From Halomicronema hongdechloris C2206 (GTDB lineage Bacteria; Cyanobacteriota; Cyanobacteriia; Phormidesmidales; Phormidesmidaceae), in contig NZ_CP021983.2 in the NCBI RefSeq assembly GCF_002075285.3, forward strand, positions 2,760,001 through 2,792,000: DNA of 32,000 nt. Direction: 5' to 3'. This document shows, one piece after another, positions 19,340 to 27,637 of the stretch (position 1 is the first letter of the stretch; every line of letters begins with the position of its first letter). A program made the translations under genes and the position numbers. Below the pieces are notes generated by a model, which saw nothing but the letters and a program-made list of their open reading frames with translations, did no database searches and was not told the DNA's origin.

Positions 19340-19603
19340 GGGTCAGACTCCAAGTAATGGGGGGGGTGTTTCGGACATGCTAATCATCTCCCACTTGCCT
19401 TAGATCGGGAGTGACCTGAGTCGTGGTCAAGGGGTGATATTTCTAAGGGATGGCGGTGTCGTAGATGGCCACAGCGGGTGATCTGAAGGGGGCATGCTAG
19501 TGACTTGGGTTACATCGCTCTGGATATTTCTGGCAGTGGCCGGTCATGCCAGGGGTGGGAGAGTACGCCCTCTATCGGGCTGGAGTGAGTAGGGATACTC
19601 CCT

Positions 19604-19620
19604 AAGATAGGTCCTATCTT
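19604..19620. promoter_or_regulatory. 17-nt perfect palindrome AAGATAGG-T-CCTATCTT, candidate operator
   Basis: It ends 15 nt upstream of the start codon at 19636. The 1-nt centre makes an RNA hairpin unlikely, which favours a dimeric DNA-binding site. Confidence 0.35.
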
Positions 19621-19635
19621 CCACGGGATAACAGC

Positions 19636-20367
19636 ATGAGTATGATTGGGTTGTCGCTAGCGATCTGTTTGGCCCTGGTCCATATCTTTGCCAGCCAAAC
19701 CCAATGGCTGAGAAACATTCCTCAGCGTTGGTGGATCTCCATTGCCGGCGGTGTGTCCATCGCTTACATCTTCCTCGACGTTTTCCCAGAGCTAGAAGCA
19801 GCCCAGGCCGAGGTGGAACATGGCATTGGTCCCGTCCTGGAATATTTGGAAAATCATGCGTATTTGCTGGCCCTAGTGGGGCTGGCGGTATTTTACGGGC
19901 TGGAGAAACTGGCGATGCGATCGCGATCGCATCGCCACCACAGCCATGGTGAAGACTGCACCCACCCGGGGGTGTTTTGGATTCATGTCACTGCCTTTGC
20001 CCTCTACAACGGGATTCTGGGCTATCTGCTGCGGGAGGCAGAGAACCACGGCTTAATGGCATGTTTGCTCTTGTTTGTGGCCCTGGCCCTGCATTTCATC
20101 GTCAATGATGTGAGCCTGCGGGAGCATCACAAGCAGAATTACGACCGTTGGGGCCGTTGGCTGTTGGCGGGGGCAATCGTGCTGGGTTGGATCCTGGGGC
20201 AGGCCATTCATATCGATGAGGTTGCGATCGCATCGATATGGGCCCTGATCGCCGGCGGCATCATCCTGAATGTGCTCAAGGAAGAACTTCCCGCAGAGCA
20301 AGACAGCCACTTTGGCCTGTTCGTGGCCGGAGCCGCCGTCTACTCCGTGGTGCTGTTGGCGGCCTGA
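19636..20367 (+). CDS. polytopic membrane protein with His-rich loop, ZIP/ZupT-like putative divalent-metal transporter
   Basis: About 8 hydrophobic segments and a cytoplasmic loop RSRSHRHHSHGEDCTH. Acidic intramembrane motifs (DVFPELE, VLKEELP) recall ZIP-family metal sites. The family call is tentative. Confidence 0.5.
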   Translation: MSMIGLSLAICLALVHIFASQTQWLRNIPQRWWISIAGGVSIAYIFLDVFPELEAAQAEVEHGIGPVLEYLENHAYLLALVGLAVFYGLEKLAMRSRSHRHHSHGEDCTHPGVFWIHVTAFALYNGILGYLLREAENHGLMACLLLFVALALHFIVNDVSLREHHKQNYDRWGRWLLAGAIVLGWILGQAIHIDEVAIASIWALIAGGIILNVLKEELPAEQDSHFGLFVAGAAVYSVVLLAA

Positions 20368-20608
20368 CGCTGACAGCGTCGATCAGCCCTTGGGAAGGCG
20401 TGATGGATCGATCCATTGGTAGCCTAGCGATATAGCAATCCGCTCCCTCATGTAACCAGACAGCCATTAATCCACGGTGTTTTTGTAGACGAGGACTTGC
20501 CAGACGATGTCGGTGCTTCCCGTGCTGATTGTCTCAAATGGGCACAAGTGTCGTTGTCACCGGGCACCAAAGTACCCGAATTCGAGGTTAGGCACAGATT
20601 CCCGAGAA

Positions 20609-20698
20609 CTGGATTCCCACGGAGGTGGGAATCGTCCATGGCGCTAGCACGCCACACCAAACGATGAAAATCGTGTCTATTTTCAGAGCAATGACGGT
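20609..20698 (+). repeat. about 90-nt three-hairpin repeat element, copy 1 (second copy at 30937-31025)
   Basis: Near-identical to 30937-31025. It contains gattcccac-ggag-gtgggaatc, ggcg-ctagca-cgcc and acgat-gaaa-atcgt hairpins, followed by gtctatttt. Confidence 0.85.
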
Positions 20699-20729
20699 AA
20701 TAGGTTTCTTCAAGCGTCGCAGAAAGCCG

Positions 20730-21545
20730 CTAACGACTATCCTGCGGACCCTGAGACTCCGAGGCTCGATACTGCACACTCACCCGCCCGCCCTCGCTGA
20801 CAACAATCTCTCCCCCCAGAGCCTCGATCTTTTCCCTGGCAATCTGGCGACCTTTGTCATCGACAGCCCGCAAATATACCTCTGCCCAGGCACCAATTTG
20901 CGCCTCCCGGCTAACAGGATTTTGAGAGAGAAATTGAGCTGTCTGTTGAGAAACCTGGGCGATGGCATCTGATTCGGGATCCGGAGACTGACGCGCCCAT
21001 TCAGCCGCCATCTCGAAGGACTGTTGGGCCGCCATACCATCTCCTAAAAACAACAGTTCATCAATGCCCTTATAGCGCCAAACGAAGTAGGAACGTGGCG
21101 GTAGCGTCGGCGTCATGGATTGCAGTCCCTGCTCCATTAGGGCTACAGATACATCAGGTTGCCCGGCATACATGGAGACGCTATTGGAGAGAAAGATGTA
21201 AGGGCGAAGAAACCAGGGATCGCGATCGACAATTACCCTGAAATAGGCCGGACTCAGCCGGTAATTGTTACGTTCCCGCAGTTCGGTTTTACCGAAGTAT
21301 TGAAGGAAGTCTAAGAAGGTCCAGTTGGCGATGAGGTTGCGAAAGCCTAAACTTGGCAATTGCTTTAGGAGCTGCAGCCGCAAGCCGTCGAGCCGCACTT
21401 GTGAGTCGATCTCAATCTGGGCGTAGTCATCGCCGGGACGCTGTAGAGTCTGTAAGCGGGATAGTTGGAGGCTAGCGACTCCGGCAAGTAGCGCTAGAAA
21501 GATGACAAGGTTACGCCCAGTGGCTATAAGTTTGTGGTAGAGCAT
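20730..21545 (-). CDS. hypothetical membrane-anchored protein (271 aa)
   Basis: N-terminal TM helix (LVIFLALLAGVASLQL), helical repeat-like body, and good codon usage. It lies directly downstream of the pilin gene. Family not recognised. Confidence 0.6.
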   Translation of the reverse strand: MLYHKLIATGRNLVIFLALLAGVASLQLSRLQTLQRPGDDYAQIEIDSQVRLDGLRLQLLKQLPSLGFRNLIANWTFLDFLQYFGKTELRERNNYRLSPAYFRVIVDRDPWFLRPYIFLSNSVSMYAGQPDVSVALMEQGLQSMTPTLPPRSYFVWRYKGIDELLFLGDGMAAQQSFEMAAEWARQSPDPESDAIAQVSQQTAQFLSQNPVSREAQIGAWAEVYLRAVDDKGRQIAREKIEALGGEIVVSEGGRVSVQYRASESQGPQDSR

Positions 21546-21595
21546 AGGGCGATAGTGAGGCTGCAGTAAGACTGTGAGGCCATTGTAGCGAAGCC

Positions 21596-21636
21596 TGAAA
21601 AGAAATAAGGTAGGCCGGTTTGCCTACCTTATTTCA
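21596..21636 (-). terminator. intrinsic terminator downstream of the pilin gene
   Basis: Perfect 14-bp stem gaaataaggtaggc (21602-21615) / gcctaccttatttc (21622-21635) with a 6-nt loop. A T-tract follows on the minus strand (plus-strand aaaa at 21597-21600, immediately flanking the stem). Confidence 0.8.
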
Positions 21637-21749
21637 TGGCTTATAAAGCAAAGAGCTTTGGTTCACTCCTAAACCTATCTCGCTATACGCTTAAGAGAAA
21701 GAGGCTTCTTAAAGCCAAATAGCTACTTTCCAAAGCCCCATGATTAGCC

Positions 21750-22334
21750 CTAGTTACACTCTCCATCATCTCCCGTTACTACAGGATCCTCGCCAAATGT
21801 ACCAGTGGCACTAATACCCACGATGTTGTTAGCGTCATTATTCCAAGGATTGTCAGATGTACACAGCAGTGCTGTTGTGGTGGCGTTACCTTGCTGATCC
21901 TGCAGGGTATAGGTAATGCCAGCATAGCTCAGCAAAGCTTCATCCTTAGGAAATGCCCAAACGGCAGCGTTATTGGATAACGTACCGCTAGCGTCTGTAA
22001 CTACTTCCGTAACATCAGGATTATTACCTGAGTCATCACCATAGGTGTAGAACTCAGTCTCAGTGTTGATTCCTAAGCCCAGTTTGCTAATTGCATCGGC
22101 AAAGGTAGTATTTTCTAGCCTGTAAGCTTGCTGACCCCGGTTAACCGAGCCTGCATAGGTCTGAGCTTCCGATTGGCGGGCGCGGTTAGCTTGGTTCAAG
22201 AAAGACGGCAGGGCGATGGCGGCGAGGATGCCGATGATGATGATCACCACCAGTAGTTCGATCAGGGTGAAGCCGCCGGTTTGGCGCTTCTTCAGCAGGT
22301 GCTGCAATAGTTTGGTCTTAAAGTTAGATTGCAT
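21750..22334 (-). CDS. type IV pilin-like protein (prepilin with N-terminal methylation motif)
   Basis: KKRQTGG/FTLIELLVVIIIIGILAAIALPSF is the class III signal and cleavage site. Two Cys (LLCTSD, GECN) can form the C-terminal disulfide loop. A strong SD aaggag sits 8 nt upstream of the ATG. Confidence 0.85.
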   Translation of the reverse strand: MQSNFKTKLLQHLLKKRQTGGFTLIELLVVIIIIGILAAIALPSFLNQANRARQSEAQTYAGSVNRGQQAYRLENTTFADAISKLGLGINTETEFYTYGDDSGNNPDVTEVVTDASGTLSNNAAVWAFPKDEALLSYAGITYTLQDQQGNATTTALLCTSDNPWNNDANNIVGISATGTFGEDPVVTGDDGECN

Positions 22335-22515
22335 GTCGGTGTCTCCTTGTGAGAGCGGGATAGTGTAGGTCGTAATCCTTGGGGTAGGTTACCCACCTCA
22401 GGCAATTCTCATATCACTGGTATCAATTTTTTCTGGAGGCAGTCGCTAGAGCCCCACTATTCCGGGCAAAGGACTATGGTATCAGCAGACACTCCGCCAT
22501 CCATAGCTCCACACA

Positions 22516-22812
22516 CCTGGATTCCCGCTATGCTCTCCGGGCACGCTCCACAAGAAGCGGGAATGACAGCAATGAGGTTTTTCAGACAGCCAACCTGCCG
22601 CGAAAAAGACTGCCGTCATTCCGGGCAAGCGTAGCGCGACCCGGAATCCAGGCAGAGGTATTCGCCGTCAGCAGATATCCTAGGTACTGTTCTTCAGTAA
22701 CTGGATTCCCGCCTCCGCGGGAATGACGGGAGTACGTTTTCTTCAGGCCTCAACATCATCGCGATAAGGATAGTCGTCATTCGGGCAAGCGTAGCGCCAC
22801 CCGGAATCCAGG
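22516..22812. repeat. cluster of four hairpin repeat units (GTCATTCC[CGC/GGG]-loop-[GCG/CCC]GGAATCCAGG family)
   Basis: Units lie at 22516-22567, 22615-22652, 22701-22727 and 22775-22812, in alternating orientation and loop length. A degenerate copy lies near 22457. Confidence 0.85.
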
Positions 22813-22994
22813 CAGAGGGCTACGCCAGTTACCGATATCTCGGACTGCTTTCTGAGCCGCTGGGGTTCGACCCTTTCGACTACGCTCAAGGCAAGCCGCT
22901 CATCCCACTAGCCTCCGCTCACCCCGCTAGCCTCTGGTCACCGAGCGACAACCGGTCACCGAGCGGAGTCGAGGTGACACACCACTCACCCAGC
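22775..22994. repeat. composite direct repeat, left copy (flanks the two-gene cassette)
   Basis: It aligns with 23768-23950: hairpin unit + gatatctcggactgctttctgagccgctggggttcgaccctttcgactacgctcaaggcaagccgctca + ggtcaccgagcggagtcgaggtgacac. The left copy carries an extra insert of about 40 nt. Confidence 0.85.
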
Positions 22995-23019
22995 TGAACT
23001 CTACCCCATGAGAGCAACC

Positions 23020-23346
23020 TCAAGCGCTCCTTCGCTCCGATTGCTCTTTCTGTAGGAGAAAATCGAGATACTCTTCTAGCTGTCGTTGTCTCAATTGAGA
23101 CAGGCGACGTAACTTCACCAGAATCTCTGATTCGTGCTGCCACTGTTTGATAGGCATGATCTGTGAAGCAGACACTTCAACGGTGATGTTTGGCACGTCG
23201 AAACCTTCGAGGCTGTAGCCATCCTCTTCCCCGGTGGGCATAGGATAATGTTCTACGATTGTTGCCATATCTCCCCGTTTGAGGTGATGCTCGGGGAGGT
23301 CTTCTGTCAAGGCAACCTGAGTAAACAGCGGATACGTTACCTTCAT
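23020..23346 (-). CDS. DUF4926-like protein with C-terminal charged helical extension
   Basis: VALTEDLPEHHLKRGDMATIVEHYPMPTGEEDGYSLEGFD...VEVSASQIMPI fits the DUF4926 pattern as I recall it. The start overlaps the upstream gene's stop (ATGA, 23343-23346). Confidence 0.65.
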   Translation of the reverse strand: MKVTYPLFTQVALTEDLPEHHLKRGDMATIVEHYPMPTGEEDGYSLEGFDVPNITVEVSASQIMPIKQWQHESEILVKLRRLSQLRQRQLEEYLDFLLQKEQSERRSA

Positions 23347-23672
23347 AGGCTCACTCCTTTATCCGGGACCAAGGTTACAAACTTAGTCGTGTCGTCTGTC
23401 ATCATCCAAATTGTGATTACACTGAGCACTCTCTTATTAGGTCCTGTCAGGACTGCACGAATGCGATATTTCTTGCCGTAGAGGGTGGTTTCCACTAACT
23501 CAGCCGGTTGTGAGAGAACTTGGGTCCGTAAATCTTGCTCAAGCTGTTGCCAGTTATCGATTACGTAACCTGCCTGGGCTAAAAACTTAGATTTGTCATC
23601 CTTGGGTAAGGGAACTAGTAAATATCGGGTTAGCTTTTCTTCGGCAATAATTGCGTCTTGAGGCAATCGCAC
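23343..23672 (-). CDS. DUF6883-like protein
   Basis: EEKLTRYLL...SKFLAQAGYVIDNWQQLEQDLR...YGKKYRIRAVLTGPNKRVLSVITIWMM...FVTLVPD fits the DUF6883 pattern as I recall it. GTG start at 23672. Confidence 0.65.
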   Translation of the reverse strand: MRLPQDAIIAEEKLTRYLLVPLPKDDKSKFLAQAGYVIDNWQQLEQDLRTQVLSQPAELVETTLYGKKYRIRAVLTGPNKRVLSVITIWMMTDDTTKFVTLVPDKGVSL

Positions 23673-23767
23673 GACTACCTATTACCTGTAGTAGGGCTCA
23701 TGATAGGCTCAAATGTATCTTACTCTGAACCTATAGTGAACGTGAGCAAACACTCCCGCTCCCTGCC

Positions 23768-23950
23768 AATCATTCCAGGCAAGCGTAGCACCACCTGCAA
23801 TCCAGGCAGAGGGCTACGCCAATTGCCGATATCTCGGACTGCTTTCTGAGCCGCTGGGGTTCGACCCTTTCGACTACGCTCAAGGCAAGCCGCTCACCCA
23901 GCGACAATCGGTCACCGAGCGGAGTCGAGGTGACACGTCGCTTACCCAGC
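23768..23950. repeat. composite direct repeat, right copy
   Basis: See 22775-22994; same orientation. Confidence 0.85.
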
Positions 23951-23960
23951 GAGACGCTAT

Positions 23961-24053
23961 CTAGGCCAGCGCAGCGCCACCCGCAATCCAGGCAGAGCGC
24001 TCTGTTTCCTTGCCAAGGTTAACGCCCTGGATTCCCGCGGAGGCGGGAATGAC
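23961..24053. repeat. two further hairpin repeat units
   Basis: A degenerate unit lies at 23961-23997 and cctggattcccgcggaggcgggaatgac at 24026-24053. Confidence 0.8.
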
Positions 24054-24141
24054 GGGATTACAGTACTTTCGGGATTCAACTCATCGCGATAAAGAAAGTA
24101 GAGGTGCTCTAATGGTACCTATAGCCTTGTCATTCATCGCC

Positions 24142-24750
24142 ATGGTTCAACTTCAGCCTAAACTCCTGACCGCGCCTGACTTTATTGAGCACTACGGCGA
24201 CGACGTTCGCTACGAACTGATTGATGGAGAACTTATTGACTTGGAACCTACTGGCTTCCACGAGCAAGTCGCTGGCTTCATCGGGCGTAAACTCAACGTC
24301 GCCATCGATCAGCAAAACGCCCCCTATCTCATTCCTTACCGCTGCCTGATCAAAATGCTGGGAACTGACACCACCTTTCGCCCAGACGTGATTGTTCTAG
24401 ATCAGTCTCAGCTGAGCCAAGAACCCCTGTGGCAGCAAGAACCTGTTATTTGCCAGGGGCGCTCTGTCAAGGTGGTGATAGAAGTCGTAAGCTCCAATTG
24501 GCAAAACGATTATGCCCGTAAAACAGAAGACTACGCACTATTGGGTATTCCAGAATTTTGGATTGTTGATTACCTCGGCTTAGGTGGACGTGACTACATT
24601 GGCACCCCCAAGCAGCCGACGCTAACCCTATGTATCCTAGAGGGCGATCGCTATCGGAAGCAGCGACTGCAGGGCAACGCCCGCTTGTCGTCCCCCACAT
24701 TTCCCGGTCTTCAACTCACTGTCGATCAGATTTTTGCCGCCGGGCAATAA
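24142..24750 (+). CDS. Uma2 family (DUF820) restriction-endonuclease-fold protein
   Basis: YELIDGELIDLEP...FRPDVIVL...VKVVIEVVSSNWQNDYARKTEDYALLGIPEFWIVD carries the PD-(D/E)xK-like Uma2 signature. The start is set at ATG 24142 because 24010-24141 is translated repeat DNA (WIPAEAGMTG). Confidence 0.85.
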   Translation: MVQLQPKLLTAPDFIEHYGDDVRYELIDGELIDLEPTGFHEQVAGFIGRKLNVAIDQQNAPYLIPYRCLIKMLGTDTTFRPDVIVLDQSQLSQEPLWQQEPVICQGRSVKVVIEVVSSNWQNDYARKTEDYALLGIPEFWIVDYLGLGGRDYIGTPKQPTLTLCILEGDRYRKQRLQGNARLSSPTFPGLQLTVDQIFAAGQ

Positions 24751-24777
24751 TAAATCAGATTGCTCATCAGAGCACCA

Positions 24778-27048
24778 TCACGGTTGAAACCGCCGCAGCC
24801 GCAACGCATTGGTCACCACCGACACCGAACTCAACGCCATCGCCGCCCCTGCCAGCACTGGGCTCAGCTGCAATCCCCAAATCGGATATAACACTCCAGC
24901 GGCGATGGGAATGCCCAAACTGTTATAGACAAAGGCGAAGAATAGATTCTGGCGAATATTGCCCAGGGTAGCGCGGCTAAGGCGAATGGCGGTGACGATG
25001 CCGTGGAGGTCATCTGTCATCAGGGTAATGTCACTGGCGGCCATGGCCACATCGGTACCGGTGCCAATGGCCATGCCCACATCGGCCTGGGCCAGAGCCG
25101 GGGCGTCGTTAATGCCGTCTCCCACCATGGCCACTTTTCGGCTCTTGGCCTGAAACGCCTGAATCGCGTCGGCTTTACCATCGGGACGCACCTGGGCTTT
25201 TACATCGGTGATGTGGGCCTGGCGGGCAATGGCTCGGGCCGTTTGGGGGTTATCTCCAGTCAGCATGGCTACCGTCAGCCCCAGACGCTTGAGGCGATCC
25301 ACGGCTTCAGCAGCTGATGGTTTTAAAGTGTCAGCAATGCCAAATAGGGCCACGACATTGCCATCAACGGCCAACCAGACCACGGTTTGCCCCGCTTGTT
25401 CCCAGGTTGCCTGGTAGGCCGATAGGGAAGTCCCCTGCTTCGTGGTTACCTCGACAGGCAGCCCCTGATCTACTAGCCAATCCCGAGTCCCCAAGCGAAC
25501 AGCATGCGCGTCGATCTCACCGGTTACCCCTCGGCCCGTCACCGCTGCAAAGTCGGTCACGTCCAAGGCATTAATGTCCGACTGGGGTATCCCTTGATCT
25601 CGGGCATAGCGCACCACTGCTTCGGCCAAGGGATGCTCGGAATAGTGCTCCAGGGCAGCGGCTAACCGTAGCAGCTGCTGTTCGTTGCCCTGGGCTGTGC
25701 CCTCGACAGCAATGAAGTTGTTCACGGTGGGTTGACCTGCCGTCAGCGTGCCAGTTTTATCCAAGACGACAGTTTGAATCTTGTGGGCCAGCTCCAGGCT
25801 ATCGGCCCCCTTGAAGAGCACCCCATAGTCGGCCCCCTTGCCCGTGGCCACCATAATCGAGGTGGGTGTGGCTAACCCCAGGGCGCAGGGGCAGGCAATA
25901 ATCAACACCCCCACGGTATTAATCAGGGCCAGGGAGAGTTCTCCCGTTGCCAGCAACCAGACGACACAGGTGGCAGCCGCAATCAGCAGCACCACCGGTA
26001 CAAAAATGGCGGTTACCTGATCCGCCAGCTTCTGGATGGGAGCTTTTGAGGCCTGGGCCTGCTGCACCAGCCGAATGATCTGGGCCAGGGTGGTGTCCTG
26101 GCCGACCCGGGTCACTCGCAGTTGCAGACTACCGGTTTTATTCAGGGTGGCGCCAATCACCTCATCCCCAACGCTTTTCTCCACCGGGATACTCTCGCCT
26201 GTGACCATAGACTCATCGACGGTGGAGGGACCCCGCACCACTTCCCCATCCAGAGGAATTTGTTCCCCCGGTTTCACCAGCACGATATCTCCCAACTGCA
26301 CTTGCTCCACCGGTAGGGTGTCGAGGGTGTCCCCTCGACGCACCCGAGCGGTTTGGGGCTGTAACCCCATGAGTTTGCGAATGGCGGCTGAGGTCTGCCG
26401 CCGGGCTCGGTGTTCTAGCAATCGCCCCAGCAAGACCAGGGTGATGACCATGGCCGAGACTTCGAAGTACACCTCGGGACGTCCCTGGGCCGCAAACCAA
26501 TTAGGGAAAATAGTGGGAAATAGGGAATAGATATAGGCCGCCCCGGTGCCGAGGGCGATCAGGCTGTTCATATCGGCACTCCCCCGCTTCAGGGCTTTCC
26601 AGGCCCCGGTGAAGAAGGGTTGACCGCACCAAACCAGTACCGGCGTCGCCAGGATCAACTGGGTCCAGGGATGGTGCAGCCAGGGGGGCAGAAACGGCAG
26701 ATGCCAGGGCAACGCCATGGGCACCATGCCCAACATCAGCAGCATGCTGGCCACGACTCCGACTGCAACTCGCCAAGTCAAATCTTGCTGGGCCTGACGC
26801 TGGGCGGCTTCCAGCTCATCCTCTCCCGTCGCTGAGGTGGCAGGGAAGGCCTGGTAGCCAGCGGCTTCCACGGCGTGCACGATGGCATCGGTGCTGGTGC
26901 GATCGGGGTCGTAGTTGACCTGGGCCTGTTCGGCACCAAAGTTGACTTGCCCGTCAATCACCCCAGGAGTCTGATTCAAGGCTTTTTCGATGGTGCTGGC
27001 GCAGGCGGCACAACTCATGCCCTGCAATTTCAGCGAGAGGGATTTCAT
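24778..27048 (-). CDS. copper-translocating P1B-type ATPase
   Basis: N-terminal HMA domain [12 protein letters not shown], transmembrane CPC ([13 protein letters not shown]), DKTGTLT phosphorylation site, and [10 protein letters not shown] hinge. Confidence 0.9.
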   Translation of the reverse strand: MKSLSLKLQGMSCAACASTIEKALNQTPGVIDGQVNFGAEQAQVNYDPDRTSTDAIVHAVEAAGYQAFPATSATGEDELEAAQRQAQQDLTWRVAVGVVASMLLMLGMVPMALPWHLPFLPPWLHHPWTQLILATPVLVWCGQPFFTGAWKALKRGSADMNSLIALGTGAAYIYSLFPTIFPNWFAAQGRPEVYFEVSAMVITLVLLGRLLEHRARRQTSAAIRKLMGLQPQTARVRRGDTLDTLPVEQVQLGDIVLVKPGEQIPLDGEVVRGPSTVDESMVTGESIPVEKSVGDEVIGATLNKTGSLQLRVTRVGQDTTLAQIIRLVQQAQASKAPIQKLADQVTAIFVPVVLLIAAATCVVWLLATGELSLALINTVGVLIIACPCALGLATPTSIMVATGKGADYGVLFKGADSLELAHKIQTVVLDKTGTLTAGQPTVNNFIAVEGTAQGNEQQLLRLAAALEHYSEHPLAEAVVRYARDQGIPQSDINALDVTDFAAVTGRGVTGEIDAHAVRLGTRDWLVDQGLPVEVTTKQGTSLSAYQATWEQAGQTVVWLAVDGNVVALFGIADTLKPSAAEAVDRLKRLGLTVAMLTGDNPQTARAIARQAHITDVKAQVRPDGKADAIQAFQAKSRKVAMVGDGINDAPALAQADVGMAIGTGTDVAMAASDITLMTDDLHGIVTAIRLSRATLGNIRQNLFFAFVYNSLGIPIAAGVLYPIWGLQLSPVLAGAAMALSSVSVVTNALRLRRFQP

Positions 27049-27110
27049 GGCAATGCTGGCGAGGTAGAGATTGAGATGCCGTGATAAAGGGTTGTTGCCT
27101 GGAGTAGTGG

Positions 27111-27314
27111 TTATGCCTGCTCCACGGTATACCCGGCATCGGTGATGGCCTGAGTGATGGCGTTGGGGTCGTTAGCGCTGTTGATAATGACGGCCTTGGT
27201 GTCTGGGTTGGCTTGCACCGATGCCTTCGTATCGATGGCTTGGACTGCTTTGGTGATGGTCTCGGCACAGGCGGCGCAGGCCATATCAGGCACCGTTAGG
27301 GTCAACGTTTGCAT
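27111..27314 (-). CDS. heavy-metal-associated domain copper chaperone (CopZ/Atx1-like)
   Basis: The ATG at 27314 gives [24 protein letters not shown]..., 67 aa. The MxCxxC motif is present, and the gene lies 62 nt upstream of the ATPase gene on the same strand. Confidence 0.8.
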   Translation of the reverse strand: MQTLTLTVPDMACAACAETITKAVQAIDTKASVQANPDTKAVIINSANDPNAITQAITDAGYTVEQA

Positions 27315-27406
27315 AGGAAATACTCGATCTACGATTACCTTTAGCTTAAACACTCCAGCCTACTAGAGGGTCAAGGGAGGATGGCCTTGGCCCCTGCCTA
27401 CCATGG

Positions 27407-27422
27407 CGCTGACTAGTCAGCG
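27407..27422. promoter_or_regulatory. 16-bp perfect palindrome CGCTGACTAGTCAGCG upstream of the chaperone-ATPase operon
   Basis: It lies about 95 nt upstream of the chaperone start codon, in the 324-nt gap between leuD and the copper operon. Confidence 0.35.
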
Positions 27423-27637
27423 GAGGACATGATGGATCGTCTAATGGCCCGGTTTAAGGAATCACTGAGTGCTTCGCCACCGCCTCCAGTACCGCAGTGG
27501 GAATATACCAGTTCCCACTGCACGGCGTTTATCTGGAATGGCGAATAAGCGATTGTGCTGAGGCAGATTTATCTCGGCCTGTTTAGGTAGCGGACTTGAG
27601 CGTTGATCCGGGCTGCAATGCCCTGACTAGGTCCTAG

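Noticed and set aside
19124-19357. 77-aa plus-strand ORF
   Set aside because: It is the antisense shadow of the minus-strand DUF4278-like gene (19163-19339), which has an SD, a terminator and a family-typical motif.
20448-20779. ORFs 20448..20660 (-), 20588..20779 (-), 20625..20972 (+), and the analogous 30847..31104 (-)
   Set aside because: They are translations of the repeated element; the same SAMDDS peptide appears at both loci. They also overlap the 3' end of a real gene.
22516-22812. Possible CRISPR array, because of regularly recurring units of about 30-50 nt
   Set aside because: The units alternate in orientation, differ in length (27-52 nt), are individually palindromic, and are spaced irregularly. 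The linkers are related to each other rather than unique spacers. No cas genes are present.
22862-22885. tRNA-like T-arm string ggggttcgaccc
   Set aside because: No acceptor, D or anticodon arms can be built around it. The string is part of the composite direct repeat and recurs at about 23856-23867.
24010-24141. N-terminal 44-codon extension of the Uma2 ORF
   Set aside because: The extension translates the hairpin repeat (WIPAEAGMTG). The Uma2 homology begins after the ATG at 24142.
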